Sequence record: DRR378314_778
Length of the DNA: 64,000 bases
Reading direction: 5' to 3' (one strand)
A program made the position numbers and the translations under genes. Position 1 is the stretch's first letter. The number at the start of each line of letters is the position of its first letter. The notes under the pieces are model-generated. The model saw only the letters and a list, made by a program, of their open reading frames with translations, was not told the DNA's origin and did no database searches. Positions 10,605 through 19,522 of this stretch are shown one piece after another.

Positions 10605-11690
10605 TCACTCCTCCTGTAAAGTTTGATTATTTGATGAACCTTTTGAATTTGGATCATCATTATTGCCACGGCTTAATCGTTGCCGTGAATTTCCGGCAAG
10701 CCGGATCCTTTCCTGGACTCGCGCCCACAGGCCGAGCATGCCATCTGGGGAAAAGAGTACGATCAGGAGAAATGCCATCCCAATGACGGTGTTAAATCTC
10801 TCCCGATCGATCAGGTCGATTGCGAAATTCTCAAGCAGGACAAAAGCAAGGGCGCCGATGAAAGGGCCGATCGGGTGCTTCATGCCGCCGATGACTGCAA
10901 TGATGAGGATATCAATAGCAACGTCTACACCAATAGAGCCTGGTGAAATACGGCCGTTAAACCACACCAACAGGACGCCCGCAGTCCCGGCAATAATACC
11001 GGAGAAGAAATAAGCCGTTATGCGATGGAGCGTCACATTGAAGCCCAACGCACTCATTCTCCTGGGGTTATCTCTAATCGCTTGCAAGCTTAACCCAAAG
11101 ACCGATTGAGAGGCGTAAACAACCAACCCATAATAACCAATGGCGATCACCAATGTCAGATAATAGAAGGGAAGGGCGTCCCGCCAATTGATACCAAAAA
11201 CGATGGGCGGATGAATGCCTGCGAACCCAGTGAAACCATTGAAAATTACGTAATTCTGGCGAACGAAATAGAAGAATGCGACTGCAATCGCCAGCGTAAT
11301 CATGATGGTATAAATACCTTCGGTTCTTACGGAAATGGCGCCAATAAAAGCACTAAAGACAGAAGCTCCCAGAATTGAGGTCGCGACCGTCAGCCACCAT
11401 GGCCATCCAAGTCCCATCACGCCAGCGCTATTATCGCCCAGGATCGCCATTAAGTAACCGCCGAACCCAGCCACTGTCAGCTGTGCTAAACTTACCATGC
11501 CTCCATAGCCGGCAAGCATCATCATAGAGAGGGCAATGAGACCCAGGATCAGTGAATAGGCGCCGATCTGGAAAACAAAGAAATCACTAGCAAAGGATGG
11601 ATACGCCAGCAAGACAACCACCACCAGTATTTTTGTCGGGTGAATGTCTGATAGATTAAAGCTTCCTGAGAAAAGGCTAGGGGAGGACAT
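10605..11690 (-). CDS. Branched-chain-type ABC permease (LivM-like)
   Basis: GYGGMVSLAQ, YTIMITLA, FGLSLQAIRDN; multiple TM helices. Confidence 0.92.
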   Translation of the reverse strand: MSSPSLFSGSFNLSDIHPTKILVVVVLLAYPSFASDFFVFQIGAYSLILGLIALSMMMLAGYGGMVSLAQLTVAGFGGYLMAILGDNSAGVMGLGWPWWLTVATSILGASVFSAFIGAISVRTEGIYTIMITLAIAVAFFYFVRQNYVIFNGFTGFAGIHPPIVFGINWRDALPFYYLTLVIAIGYYGLVVYASQSVFGLSLQAIRDNPRRMSALGFNVTLHRITAYFFSGIIAGTAGVLLVWFNGRISPGSIGVDVAIDILIIAVIGGMKHPIGPFIGALAFVLLENFAIDLIDRERFNTVIGMAFLLIVLFSPDGMLGLWARVQERIRLAGNSRQRLSRGNNDDPNSKGSSNNQTLQEE

Positions 11691-11693
11691 CTG

Positions 11694-12704
11694 TTATCGC
11701 CCTCCCATGATGCCTTGCGGACGAACCGCGAGAACCACGACCATAATCAGAAAGGTTAGCACCACGCCATAGGTCGGAAAATATGCCAGGCCAAACTGTT
11801 CTGCCAAACCGATCAGCAATGCGCCGACTGCGGCCCCTGAAACGGACCCCAGACCACCAACAATCACCACGACCAGAGACGCAAGAAGATATCGGATGTC
11901 TTCTCCGGGTGCGATCGACAAGGCGGTTCCGCCAATGACCCCTGCAAAACCTGCTAAGCCAGCGCCTAGCGCAAAGACCAGAACAAAAACGAGCTGAACA
12001 TTGATGCCAGACGCTGTCAGCATATCCCGATCATCAACACCGGCGCGGATCATCATTCCCATTTTTGTTCTGTTCAGGAATAGCCACAGAGCAATGCCCA
12101 CAGCGATGGCGATAAACAGAACAGCGAGCCTATACATTGGATATTTTATCAGGACTTCTGTTCCCGACGCTCTTATGACTGAGATGATCGGCAGCTTGAC
12201 AGCGCCATATAACCATTCGGGTGGTTCAAATTGGTAGGTCGTTCCGGTCCAAACAGCGAGCATGAGATCAGCGGCAATAATTGATATGCCGATCGTAACC
12301 ATTGTTTGTCGAAGATCGTCGCCTTCCATTCTCCGGAATATGAGCAATTGCAGGAGTATGCCGGTGATCGCGATGACAATAAATGCGGCGGCGAGGCCGA
12401 TGAACCAGTTGCCAGTGAACTCCGCAACCTCATAACCGATGTATCCCCCCAATAGATACATAGATCCATGTGCGAGATTGACATTTCGCATCAGTCCAAA
12501 AATAAGTGTGAAGCCGCTTGCCACCAAAAAATACAGGCCACCCAAAGTCAGACCATTGAGAAGCGTATTGACGAATGTTTTTTTACGGCCAAAAGTCTCA
12601 ATCAACCAGTCAGGCCAAACAGCAAAGATGAGCCAAGCCAAAATCGCTGCTGCTAGAAGTATCAGAATTGCCCAAAATGTATGCCGTTCGACAAACCGTC
12701 TCAT
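11694..12704 (-). CDS. Branched-chain-type ABC permease (LivH-like)
   Basis: ASGFTLIFGLMRNVNLAHG, VVIVGGLGS, RPQGIMG. Confidence 0.92.
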   Translation of the reverse strand: MRRFVERHTFWAILILLAAAILAWLIFAVWPDWLIETFGRKKTFVNTLLNGLTLGGLYFLVASGFTLIFGLMRNVNLAHGSMYLLGGYIGYEVAEFTGNWFIGLAAAFIVIAITGILLQLLIFRRMEGDDLRQTMVTIGISIIAADLMLAVWTGTTYQFEPPEWLYGAVKLPIISVIRASGTEVLIKYPMYRLAVLFIAIAVGIALWLFLNRTKMGMMIRAGVDDRDMLTASGINVQLVFVLVFALGAGLAGFAGVIGGTALSIAPGEDIRYLLASLVVVIVGGLGSVSGAAVGALLIGLAEQFGLAYFPTYGVVLTFLIMVVVLAVRPQGIMGGR

Positions 12705-12876
12705 GATGCATTACCTGCATTCACAAATACGGTGATAATTGCCGTGCAGCCGTCCTCAAGTTTGACCACGACTTGTTTCTCTCCCTGTGATTTCTAGAAT
12801 TTTGGTGAAAATTCCAGAAAAACAGCCGTTTTTCGGCTTGTTTTCACGTAATACGCATTTTTAGTATCTTTAAAGA

Positions 12877-12893
12877 CTGCATTGCTCACGCCT
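12877..12893 (-). promoter_or_regulatory. Possible sigma54 (-24/-12) promoter for the ABC/Tm-1 operon
   Basis: Minus strand reads AGGCGTGAGCAATGCAG: GG-N10-GC spacing, imperfect match to TGGCACG-N4-TTGC. Confidence 0.35.
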
Positions 12894-12906
12894 TATCAAG
12901 CAATAG

Positions 12907-12942
12907 GTAATTTTGACAAGTTGAGTAATTTTGGGTAATTTT
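12907..12942 (+). repeat. Three direct copies of GTAATTTT, candidate regulator sites
   Basis: GTAATTTT at 12907, 12925 and 12935 in the divergent intergenic region. Confidence 0.45.
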
Positions 12943-13015
12943 AAATGTAAAAATACGAAACTTGGAGGCGTCATAATGCAATGATATTTTGATTGCTCTC
13001 GCGTCCGCAGCAATA

Positions 13016-13726
13016 ATGAGTAAGAATGTGCCGCCATTAGAATATTTGAGAATGAGTTTAAAGACTCGAAAGAATCGGTTGTCCGATGAACCAAAATTTC
13101 CCACATCAATACTGACGGTCGCGGCTCGGTTTCAACATGAAAACATGCCTGAAGAGATATCATTGCTGCTACCGACAAACCCTGGTCCAGCAAAATTGAT
13201 TTCTCACTTAGTAGATCTGAAAAAGGATCTTAGTGACAATATGATTGGGATATTTCTTGCCGCGCCAACTTTGAACTTTGAACGGAGCGCTGCTCAAATC
13301 TCGCAATTGGGTATTAATTGGGTTTGTAACTTTCCCAGCATTGCGCAACAGGATGCTACCTTTTCTCAACAGCTCTCAGATGTGGATCTTTTTCATGAAC
13401 GAGAATATACCAACCTCGGCTATTTTAAACGCGCAGGTGTGAATATTGCAGCGGTTGTTTCAAGTGAAGCAACAACAATTGCGGCGTTGAAGGTTAAGCC
13501 CGATGCCCTCATTGTTCTGCCCACAGTCGTAGAGTATGCGGCGGGATTTCCATCCCCGAGGCAGCGCTCCAATCTTGCAGAAACGGTGCGCGAAATCACC
13601 GATGGAAGTGATTGGGCAGGGACGATTTTTGGTTTGGCCGACAACGGTGAAGAACAACATGAGAGGCTATGGCCGCCCTTCGTAGATGGAATTGTTTGTC
13701 GGCCCAGACGCATTAAAGCGCTTTAG
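13016..13726 (+). CDS. Divergent TIM-barrel signal transduction family paralog
   Basis: WVCNFPSIAQQDATFSQQLSDVDLFHERE aligns by eye to [29 protein letters not shown] of 5479-6312. Start uncertain (12989 or 13016). Confidence 0.7.
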   Translation: MSKNVPPLEYLRMSLKTRKNRLSDEPKFPTSILTVAARFQHENMPEEISLLLPTNPGPAKLISHLVDLKKDLSDNMIGIFLAAPTLNFERSAAQISQLGINWVCNFPSIAQQDATFSQQLSDVDLFHEREYTNLGYFKRAGVNIAAVVSSEATTIAALKVKPDALIVLPTVVEYAAGFPSPRQRSNLAETVREITDGSDWAGTIFGLADNGEEQHERLWPPFVDGIVCRPRRIKAL

Positions 13727-15477
13727 GCGTTTAAGCCGTATTTTTTAAGCTTGTTATAAAGGGTTTTTCTGGAAATCCCCAAAGCCTCTGCAGTACGAGA
13801 TCTATTATAGCCATGGCGCCAAAGGTAATCCAGGATCCGGGTTTTTTCAGATTTATCCGCATCCCCAGGACTGACTTCCTGCGATTTATAGAGATCTAGG
13901 TTAATGTCTTCAGGTTGGATTTTCCGCTTTACTGCTATCTCAGCAAGAGAGCCTATTACGGATTTAAGTTCAGACTCATTTCCTGGCCAGATGTGTTCTT
14001 TTATTTTCTGCAACGCAGCCGATGAAAAATTTTGCTGCGTAATTTTCGATCCGAAAGAGCGCTGCGTAAATTCTTCAATAATTAAAAATATATCCTCTAT
14101 CCGTTCTCTAAGCGGTGGCATCCTGACGATCCAGCCTGAAAGGAAATCTGCGAGTTCCTGTTCAAGCCCAATCGCCAACAAATCCTCTTTCTTGATGTTG
14201 TTCGCTAAGGGGGCTTCGCAGGCGAGTATGACCTTGGGGGCGACTGACAAGGATTTGCGGTATCCGGTGGCCCGGAAAAATCCGTCACGTAACGCTTTTG
14301 CTAGTCGGCGCTGGATGGCCGGGGTTAATTTTTCCGGTGAATATATGACCAACAGGTCAACAGTTTCGTCAGCTAAGACGGGTGCGCGTTGACGGTTACC
14401 TTCCCGAAATCCGAACAATATTGTTCGTGCCCGCGTGGGGAAGTCTTCACCAGCAACATCATATTGCACAATATTTGGTTTTCTTGAGAGGTTATTGGAA
14501 TTCGAGAGAGCCTCTAATACGGGTGCTGGATGCAGCCCCCTTTCCGCAAGCAACAAGATGGGATGGTCAAACTTTGTGATCGACTTCAGTCTTTCGAGGA
14601 ACGGTATCAAATTCTTGGATTTTCCTGCAAACCTGTAATGTGCTGACCATTTAAGAAGGCTGCGCGTGTCATCATCCATCTCGACGCTGCGGGCACTGGC
14701 ATGCCTAAATCCATTAATGAGGTCCGCAACTGAAACCTCCACTGGCATTCGCTCAATGGTGGATCCTCCGATATAGCCATCTATAGGGACGAGACTAATC
14801 ACCTTAGCCAGGTCGTCAGGCGTGCTAATAGGCCCCCCCTCTAAGACGAACTTAATGTCAGGGTTGATGCGTTTTACGAGCCGACTAACCTCTCGTGCCA
14901 TGGCGGCGACTTCTTCTAGAGACATATGACTTTGATGCCCGACTGCGCCGCCTGCATTCCAGCCTAAATTTAAACAGACGATATCTAATCCTACATCCGC
15001 CGCCATTCTGGCTTGAGTACGATTTGCGCAATAAAAGATGGTCGATAGACCTTTGTCTTGAACCGCTTTTAGAAGCTCGACTTCTTTTTCGATGCCTCGT
15101 CCAGATCGGGACAGGATTTGCCGGAAAGGTTTGGTGTAATGCATGCAGCTTGGAAAATTTGCGGCACCCGCAAATCCCGCTTGAGCCACACGTTCCGCTA
15201 TGATTTCTGGATCAGCCTCTTGTTCCCATGCGCTAACACCCAGGTAAACGGGCTTTTTACACTGGATGAGAAGTTCTTCTTCTGCAAATTTTTCTGTTAG
15301 TTGAGGGGAGTCCAAGATTGGCAGCATAGACGCGATAGACGGAATTCCCATATTTCTAAGTCGACCGGCATTGATGGCCAATAGCATATCAGCGCCGCCT
15401 CTCTCTGCCGCCAATGCTGTGCTACCAGAACCAATGGCAGCCCCTATCAGAAAGTCACTCCCGCTGTCGTTTTTCAA
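13723..15477 (-). CDS. Regulator: TIM-barrel domain, degenerate sigma54-type AAA+ domain, Fis-type HTH
   Basis: N-terminal GAAIGSG, NAGRLR, NFPS, EGGP, GYIGGSTIERMP; central MPPLRERIEDI and WPGNESEL; C-terminal NRSRTAEALGISRKTLYNKLKKYG. Confidence 0.87.
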   Translation of the reverse strand: MKNDSGSDFLIGAAIGSGSTALAAERGGADMLLAINAGRLRNMGIPSIASMLPILDSPQLTEKFAEEELLIQCKKPVYLGVSAWEQEADPEIIAERVAQAGFAGAANFPSCMHYTKPFRQILSRSGRGIEKEVELLKAVQDKGLSTIFYCANRTQARMAADVGLDIVCLNLGWNAGGAVGHQSHMSLEEVAAMAREVSRLVKRINPDIKFVLEGGPISTPDDLAKVISLVPIDGYIGGSTIERMPVEVSVADLINGFRHASARSVEMDDDTRSLLKWSAHYRFAGKSKNLIPFLERLKSITKFDHPILLLAERGLHPAPVLEALSNSNNLSRKPNIVQYDVAGEDFPTRARTILFGFREGNRQRAPVLADETVDLLVIYSPEKLTPAIQRRLAKALRDGFFRATGYRKSLSVAPKVILACEAPLANNIKKEDLLAIGLEQELADFLSGWIVRMPPLRERIEDIFLIIEEFTQRSFGSKITQQNFSSAALQKIKEHIWPGNESELKSVIGSLAEIAVKRKIQPEDINLDLYKSQEVSPGDADKSEKTRILDYLWRHGYNRSRTAEALGISRKTLYNKLKKYGLNA

Positions 15478-15720
15478 AATCCAAAATCCAGACTTAACCT
15501 CAATTGATCATACCTGAATACCAAATTTAACCACCAACCATCAATCCATTGCTGGTTTGCGTGGCAACAACATCCAATATTTCTGCACCTTATGTTCAGA
15601 CTCACCCTTTGTGACCACCCTTACCTCTCAAATGAAACCCTCTCGTCGCTACCAGGTGCATTTATTTTTGCCCGAACAGTCGGGTGTTCGGGCGGATTTT
15701 TGTTTCTGGAACAGGGTTGG

Positions 15721-17007
15721 CTATCGCCCATATCCTGCAACTTCTGGAAGCCAGGTGGCAAGTGATGGGAAGGTTAGCGTAATGAATAAGCCGATAATCA
15801 TTAACACCACATATGGTAAGGCCCCGCGGATCACTTCTGCAAGCGGGGCATCGGCAATTCCTTTGATAACAAACAAGTTCATTCCCACGGGCGGAGTTAT
15901 CAGGGCTAATTCAAGATTGATCATCAACAGGATCCCATACCAGATCAGATCAATATCAAACTGGATCAATGCAGGTAGAATAATTGGTGTGGTGATCAGG
16001 ATGATGGAAATGGTTTCCATGAACATGCCCAGGACGAAAATAACAGCCATAACCACCAAAATGAACGTCAGGGGTGTCAGACCCAGTGTGAGTACACTTT
16101 CCATAAGCTCAATGGGCAGGCGAATAATTGTAACCGCATGACCAAACAGGGCAGCCGCAGCGAGGATCATGAACAGCATCGCTGTTGTTCGAACGGTTTC
16201 AAATGCAGTTTGATACAACTCTTTGAAGCCAAAATTTCTGTAGACAAGCACCCCAACCAGCAGGGCATAGATACAACCGATAGAAGCGGCTTCAGAGGCG
16301 GTGAAAATACCAAAGTAGATCCCGCCAAGGACAATTGGTGGCATTAACAGGGCCCAGAACGAGCGCCGCATGGCAGTAGCACATTCGTTCCAGCCTACCC
16401 AGCTGTTGTCGCGAATATTTTTATTGGAATAGGTCTGCAGGACGCACCAGATTGCAAAAATTAAGGCCATCATAACACCCGGGATCAGACCGGCGAGAAA
16501 CAATGCCCCGATCGAGGTTTCAGTAACGATGGCATACAGGATTAGCGGGCCGGATGGCGGAATTAGAATGCCTAGAGTCCCTCCTGCTGCAATTACTCCA
16601 TAGGACTCGTGTGGGCGATAGCCAAATTTTTTCATCTGCGGTATGGCGCTTGAGCCAATTGTCAGGGCAGTTGCCACTGAAGATCCTGAAATTGCCGCGA
16701 AAATGGTGCAGGAAAGGACAGTTGCAACGCCAAGGCCGCCCTTCAGATGCCCGACCATGGCATTGGCCGCTTCATACAGATCGTCCACAACCTTGGATTT
16801 GATCATGACATGCGCCATAAACGCAAACATTGGAATGGCGGTCAGCAGACCGTTATCCAGTTTGCCAAAGACGGTATCTGCGGCACTTGAGATGCTGCCC
16901 TCGGTTATAAGCATGATAATCATGGATGTGAGGCCCAGTCCCACAAAAATCGGGATCCCTGTTAGCAATAAAATAATTAACAGGGCTAAAATTAATAGCG
17001 TCATCAT
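15721..17007 (-). CDS. TRAP transporter large permease (DctM family)
   Basis: AISGSSVAT, GGTLGILIPPS, ITPPVGMNLFV. Confidence 0.94.
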   Translation of the reverse strand: MMTLLILALLIILLLTGIPIFVGLGLTSMIIMLITEGSISSAADTVFGKLDNGLLTAIPMFAFMAHVMIKSKVVDDLYEAANAMVGHLKGGLGVATVLSCTIFAAISGSSVATALTIGSSAIPQMKKFGYRPHESYGVIAAGGTLGILIPPSGPLILYAIVTETSIGALFLAGLIPGVMMALIFAIWCVLQTYSNKNIRDNSWVGWNECATAMRRSFWALLMPPIVLGGIYFGIFTASEAASIGCIYALLVGVLVYRNFGFKELYQTAFETVRTTAMLFMILAAAALFGHAVTIIRLPIELMESVLTLGLTPLTFILVVMAVIFVLGMFMETISIILITTPIILPALIQFDIDLIWYGILLMINLELALITPPVGMNLFVIKGIADAPLAEVIRGALPYVVLMIIGLFITLTFPSLATWLPEVAGYGR

Positions 17008-17540
17008 GCCCGGCGCCCTCCTGTCAATAATAAATCAATAAACCGGAGCGCAGCGATTAACAGGCAGAGGGCGGAGCCGACAACCATGGTTGACTGTGGG
17101 ATCCAAAGGGGGGCTTCCAGATACCCATCCGAATAAATACCAAAATCCATTGAGAAAATAACACTGTTCCAAGCGCTTAACATAATGACAGCGGCGACAA
17201 ATGCGGTTGCCAGATAATACCACAGGTCCAGCATGAAACGGCTTCTGCCTTTCGCCTTGGAAGAGAGGAGGTCAACGCTGATATGATCGCCGCGACGTAA
17301 GGCCTCGGCCATTCCCAGCATGACAATTGCAACTACCAGAAATCCGGAAAGTTCATCTGTCCAGGTCAATGGCGTGCCAAGGATATAACGTTGGAAAACG
17401 GCATACCCTGTCATGAACAGAGTGAAAATTACCATACAGGAACTGATGATTGCAGCGGCAAGGGCTAAGTATCCTGCCAGACGCGATGCAAGAGAGGAGG
17501 TGCCAGGCACCTCCTCCATCAGACTGGAGTCACGGTTCAT
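17004..17540 (-). CDS. TRAP transporter small permease (DctQ family)
   Basis: WTDELS, HISVDL, four TM helices, position in operon. Confidence 0.9.
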   Translation of the reverse strand: MNRDSSLMEEVPGTSSLASRLAGYLALAAAIISSCMVIFTLFMTGYAVFQRYILGTPLTWTDELSGFLVVAIVMLGMAEALRRGDHISVDLLSSKAKGRSRFMLDLWYYLATAFVAAVIMLSAWNSVIFSMDFGIYSDGYLEAPLWIPQSTMVVGSALCLLIAALRFIDLLLTGGRRA

Positions 17541-17554
17541 TCCCGTTAATCCTT

Positions 17555-18553
17555 TTAAAGTTTGCCGATTAGCTCAAGCAGCTTTTTGCCATCATCACCG
17601 GTTGCTTCACCGAAGGATTTGTCAAATGCTGGGCTCATAACGCCTTTTAGCACTTCGATTTCCGCATCGGTAGCGATATGTACTTTCATCCCTTTTTCAG
17701 CAAGCTGTTCTGGAGCCTTGGAGGCAGCTTCCTCAGAAGCTTCAATCGCCCATTTTGCGGCTTTATGGCCAGCTTCATCCACAGCAGCCTTCCCTTTGTC
17801 TGACAGGCCATCATACCATTTTGGATTGACGTAACCGTGGAAGTAAATGCTGAACAGGGGCAGAACAGTGACGTGATCCTGAACTTCGTAATATTTACGG
17901 GAATACGCAGCGGAAACATCTGTAAGGCCGGCGTCGATCACACCTGTTGAGAGAGCCTGATAGACTTTACTTCCGGACATTGCAGAGGGGACCGCGCCCA
18001 TAGCGACAAAACCTGAATCCGGAACTGGACCCAGACCACGGATTTTCACGCCTTCGAAATCGGCCGGCTTTATCAATGGAGCGCCGTTAGATGTTATAGC
18101 CGTACTTCGAGTGGTAAACAGCCATACAGCATTTCTAACACCTTTGGTCATCAGCTTTTCTTCAAGGAACTTTGCTGCTTCTGAGCCATCCCATTTTTGA
18201 AGTGCTTGCAGACTGCTAACGGTGAACGGGCCCAGTGTCACGTTCATGATTGGTAGGGTTTTCCCCCACTGTGGATTGATGGAAAAGGCACAGTCGATGT
18301 CGCCTTTGGCAACAGCAACGGCGTTCTGCTTGGCTGGTGTCAGGCTGCTGGTGCCAAAAACCTGTACGTCAATCTCACCCTCGGAGAGAGTTTCGATTTC
18401 AGCTGCCCAGCGATCAATCACTTTCGCGATGTGATGAGCAGGTGGCAATTGGTGACTGCAGCGCATCTCTGTTGCTGCGACTGCGGTCGTTGCTGTTGAC
18501 ATGACACCTGTTAGGGCGCCAATGCCGATGGCAAATGCCAATAGTTTCTTCAT
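17555..18553 (-). CDS. TRAP transporter substrate-binding protein (DctP family)
   Basis: Signal peptide, DFEGVKIRG, VYQALSTGVIDAG, YYEVQ. Confidence 0.92.
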   Translation of the reverse strand: MKKLLAFAIGIGALTGVMSTATTAVAATEMRCSHQLPPAHHIAKVIDRWAAEIETLSEGEIDVQVFGTSSLTPAKQNAVAVAKGDIDCAFSINPQWGKTLPIMNVTLGPFTVSSLQALQKWDGSEAAKFLEEKLMTKGVRNAVWLFTTRSTAITSNGAPLIKPADFEGVKIRGLGPVPDSGFVAMGAVPSAMSGSKVYQALSTGVIDAGLTDVSAAYSRKYYEVQDHVTVLPLFSIYFHGYVNPKWYDGLSDKGKAAVDEAGHKAAKWAIEASEEAASKAPEQLAEKGMKVHIATDAEIEVLKGVMSPAFDKSFGEATGDDGKKLLELIGKL

Positions 18554-18574
18554 GTTTCTCTCCCTAAAAGTTTA

Positions 18575-19522
18575 TTATTTGTTGCCCGTTTGCGTTGGCT
18601 GGGGCAATCCGGCTTTCGCGATGGAACCATACAATGCCTCTTCAGGCATAGATCTCTGGACGACATCGCGTACCTCCAGAAGACCTTCAATCTGGATCCC
18701 GGTCTCAATGCCTTCTTTCTGACAAAGATAGACAAGATCTTCGAATACAATATTTCCTGTTGCGTTCGGGGCAAAAGGACATCCGCCAAGTCCAGCCATC
18801 GCCCCATCAATGATCGTGGCGTTGTTCTGAATGGCGGCAATTGCGTTGGCAAGGCCAAGCCCCCGTGTGTCATGTAAATGAATACCAAAAACCCGGTCAG
18901 GGAAAGCTTGTGAGAATGCGCGGCACAGCGCAGCGACCTCTCCAGGTCCGGCATATCCAACAGTGTCAGCAAGGCTAACGACATCGACCCCTGCATTAAA
19001 GCAACGCTCGGCTAGCCGAAGAACAGTTTGAGGGTCAACCTGACCACTGATAGAGCAGCCGAATGCCATGGCAATGCCGACGGAAACCAATGGTTTTTGC
19101 GGCGCGCTTTGGGCCAAGTCGACAAGAAACTCTATTTCAGCGATCGCTTGATCCTGGGTGCGATTGATGTTGGCTTTACTGTGCGCTTCGCTGGCAGATA
19201 AAACGGCTGTAACTTCTGCGACACCACTTGCAATGGCCGCTTCGGCACCTTTGCGATTAAGCGCGAGGGCAGAGCCATGTGCTCCCTTTAAAGTCGCAAG
19301 AAAGGCTATCAATTCCAGGATATCTGCAAACTGTGGATAGCGATGACGTGGCAGAAAAGATCCCAGTTCAAAGCACCGCACGCCCGCGTTATATTCCTGG
19401 TGGATCCAGTCTATTTTGTCAGCAGTCGTTGGATGGCTTTTGACCATTTGTAAGCCATCACGAAGCCCCACTTCACGGAGGATAATTTGGCCGGCCGGAT
19501 AGATTTCTGACATCTGTATCAC
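18575..19522 (-). CDS. Hydroxymethylglutaryl-CoA lyase family protein
   Basis: EVGLRDGLQ, LADTVG, HLHDTRG, GLGGCPFAPNATGN. Start may be 19513. Confidence 0.92.
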   Translation of the reverse strand: MIQMSEIYPAGQIILREVGLRDGLQMVKSHPTTADKIDWIHQEYNAGVRCFELGSFLPRHRYPQFADILELIAFLATLKGAHGSALALNRKGAEAAIASGVAEVTAVLSASEAHSKANINRTQDQAIAEIEFLVDLAQSAPQKPLVSVGIAMAFGCSISGQVDPQTVLRLAERCFNAGVDVVSLADTVGYAGPGEVAALCRAFSQAFPDRVFGIHLHDTRGLGLANAIAAIQNNATIIDGAMAGLGGCPFAPNATGNIVFEDLVYLCQKEGIETGIQIEGLLEVRDVVQRSMPEEALYGSIAKAGLPQPTQTGNK

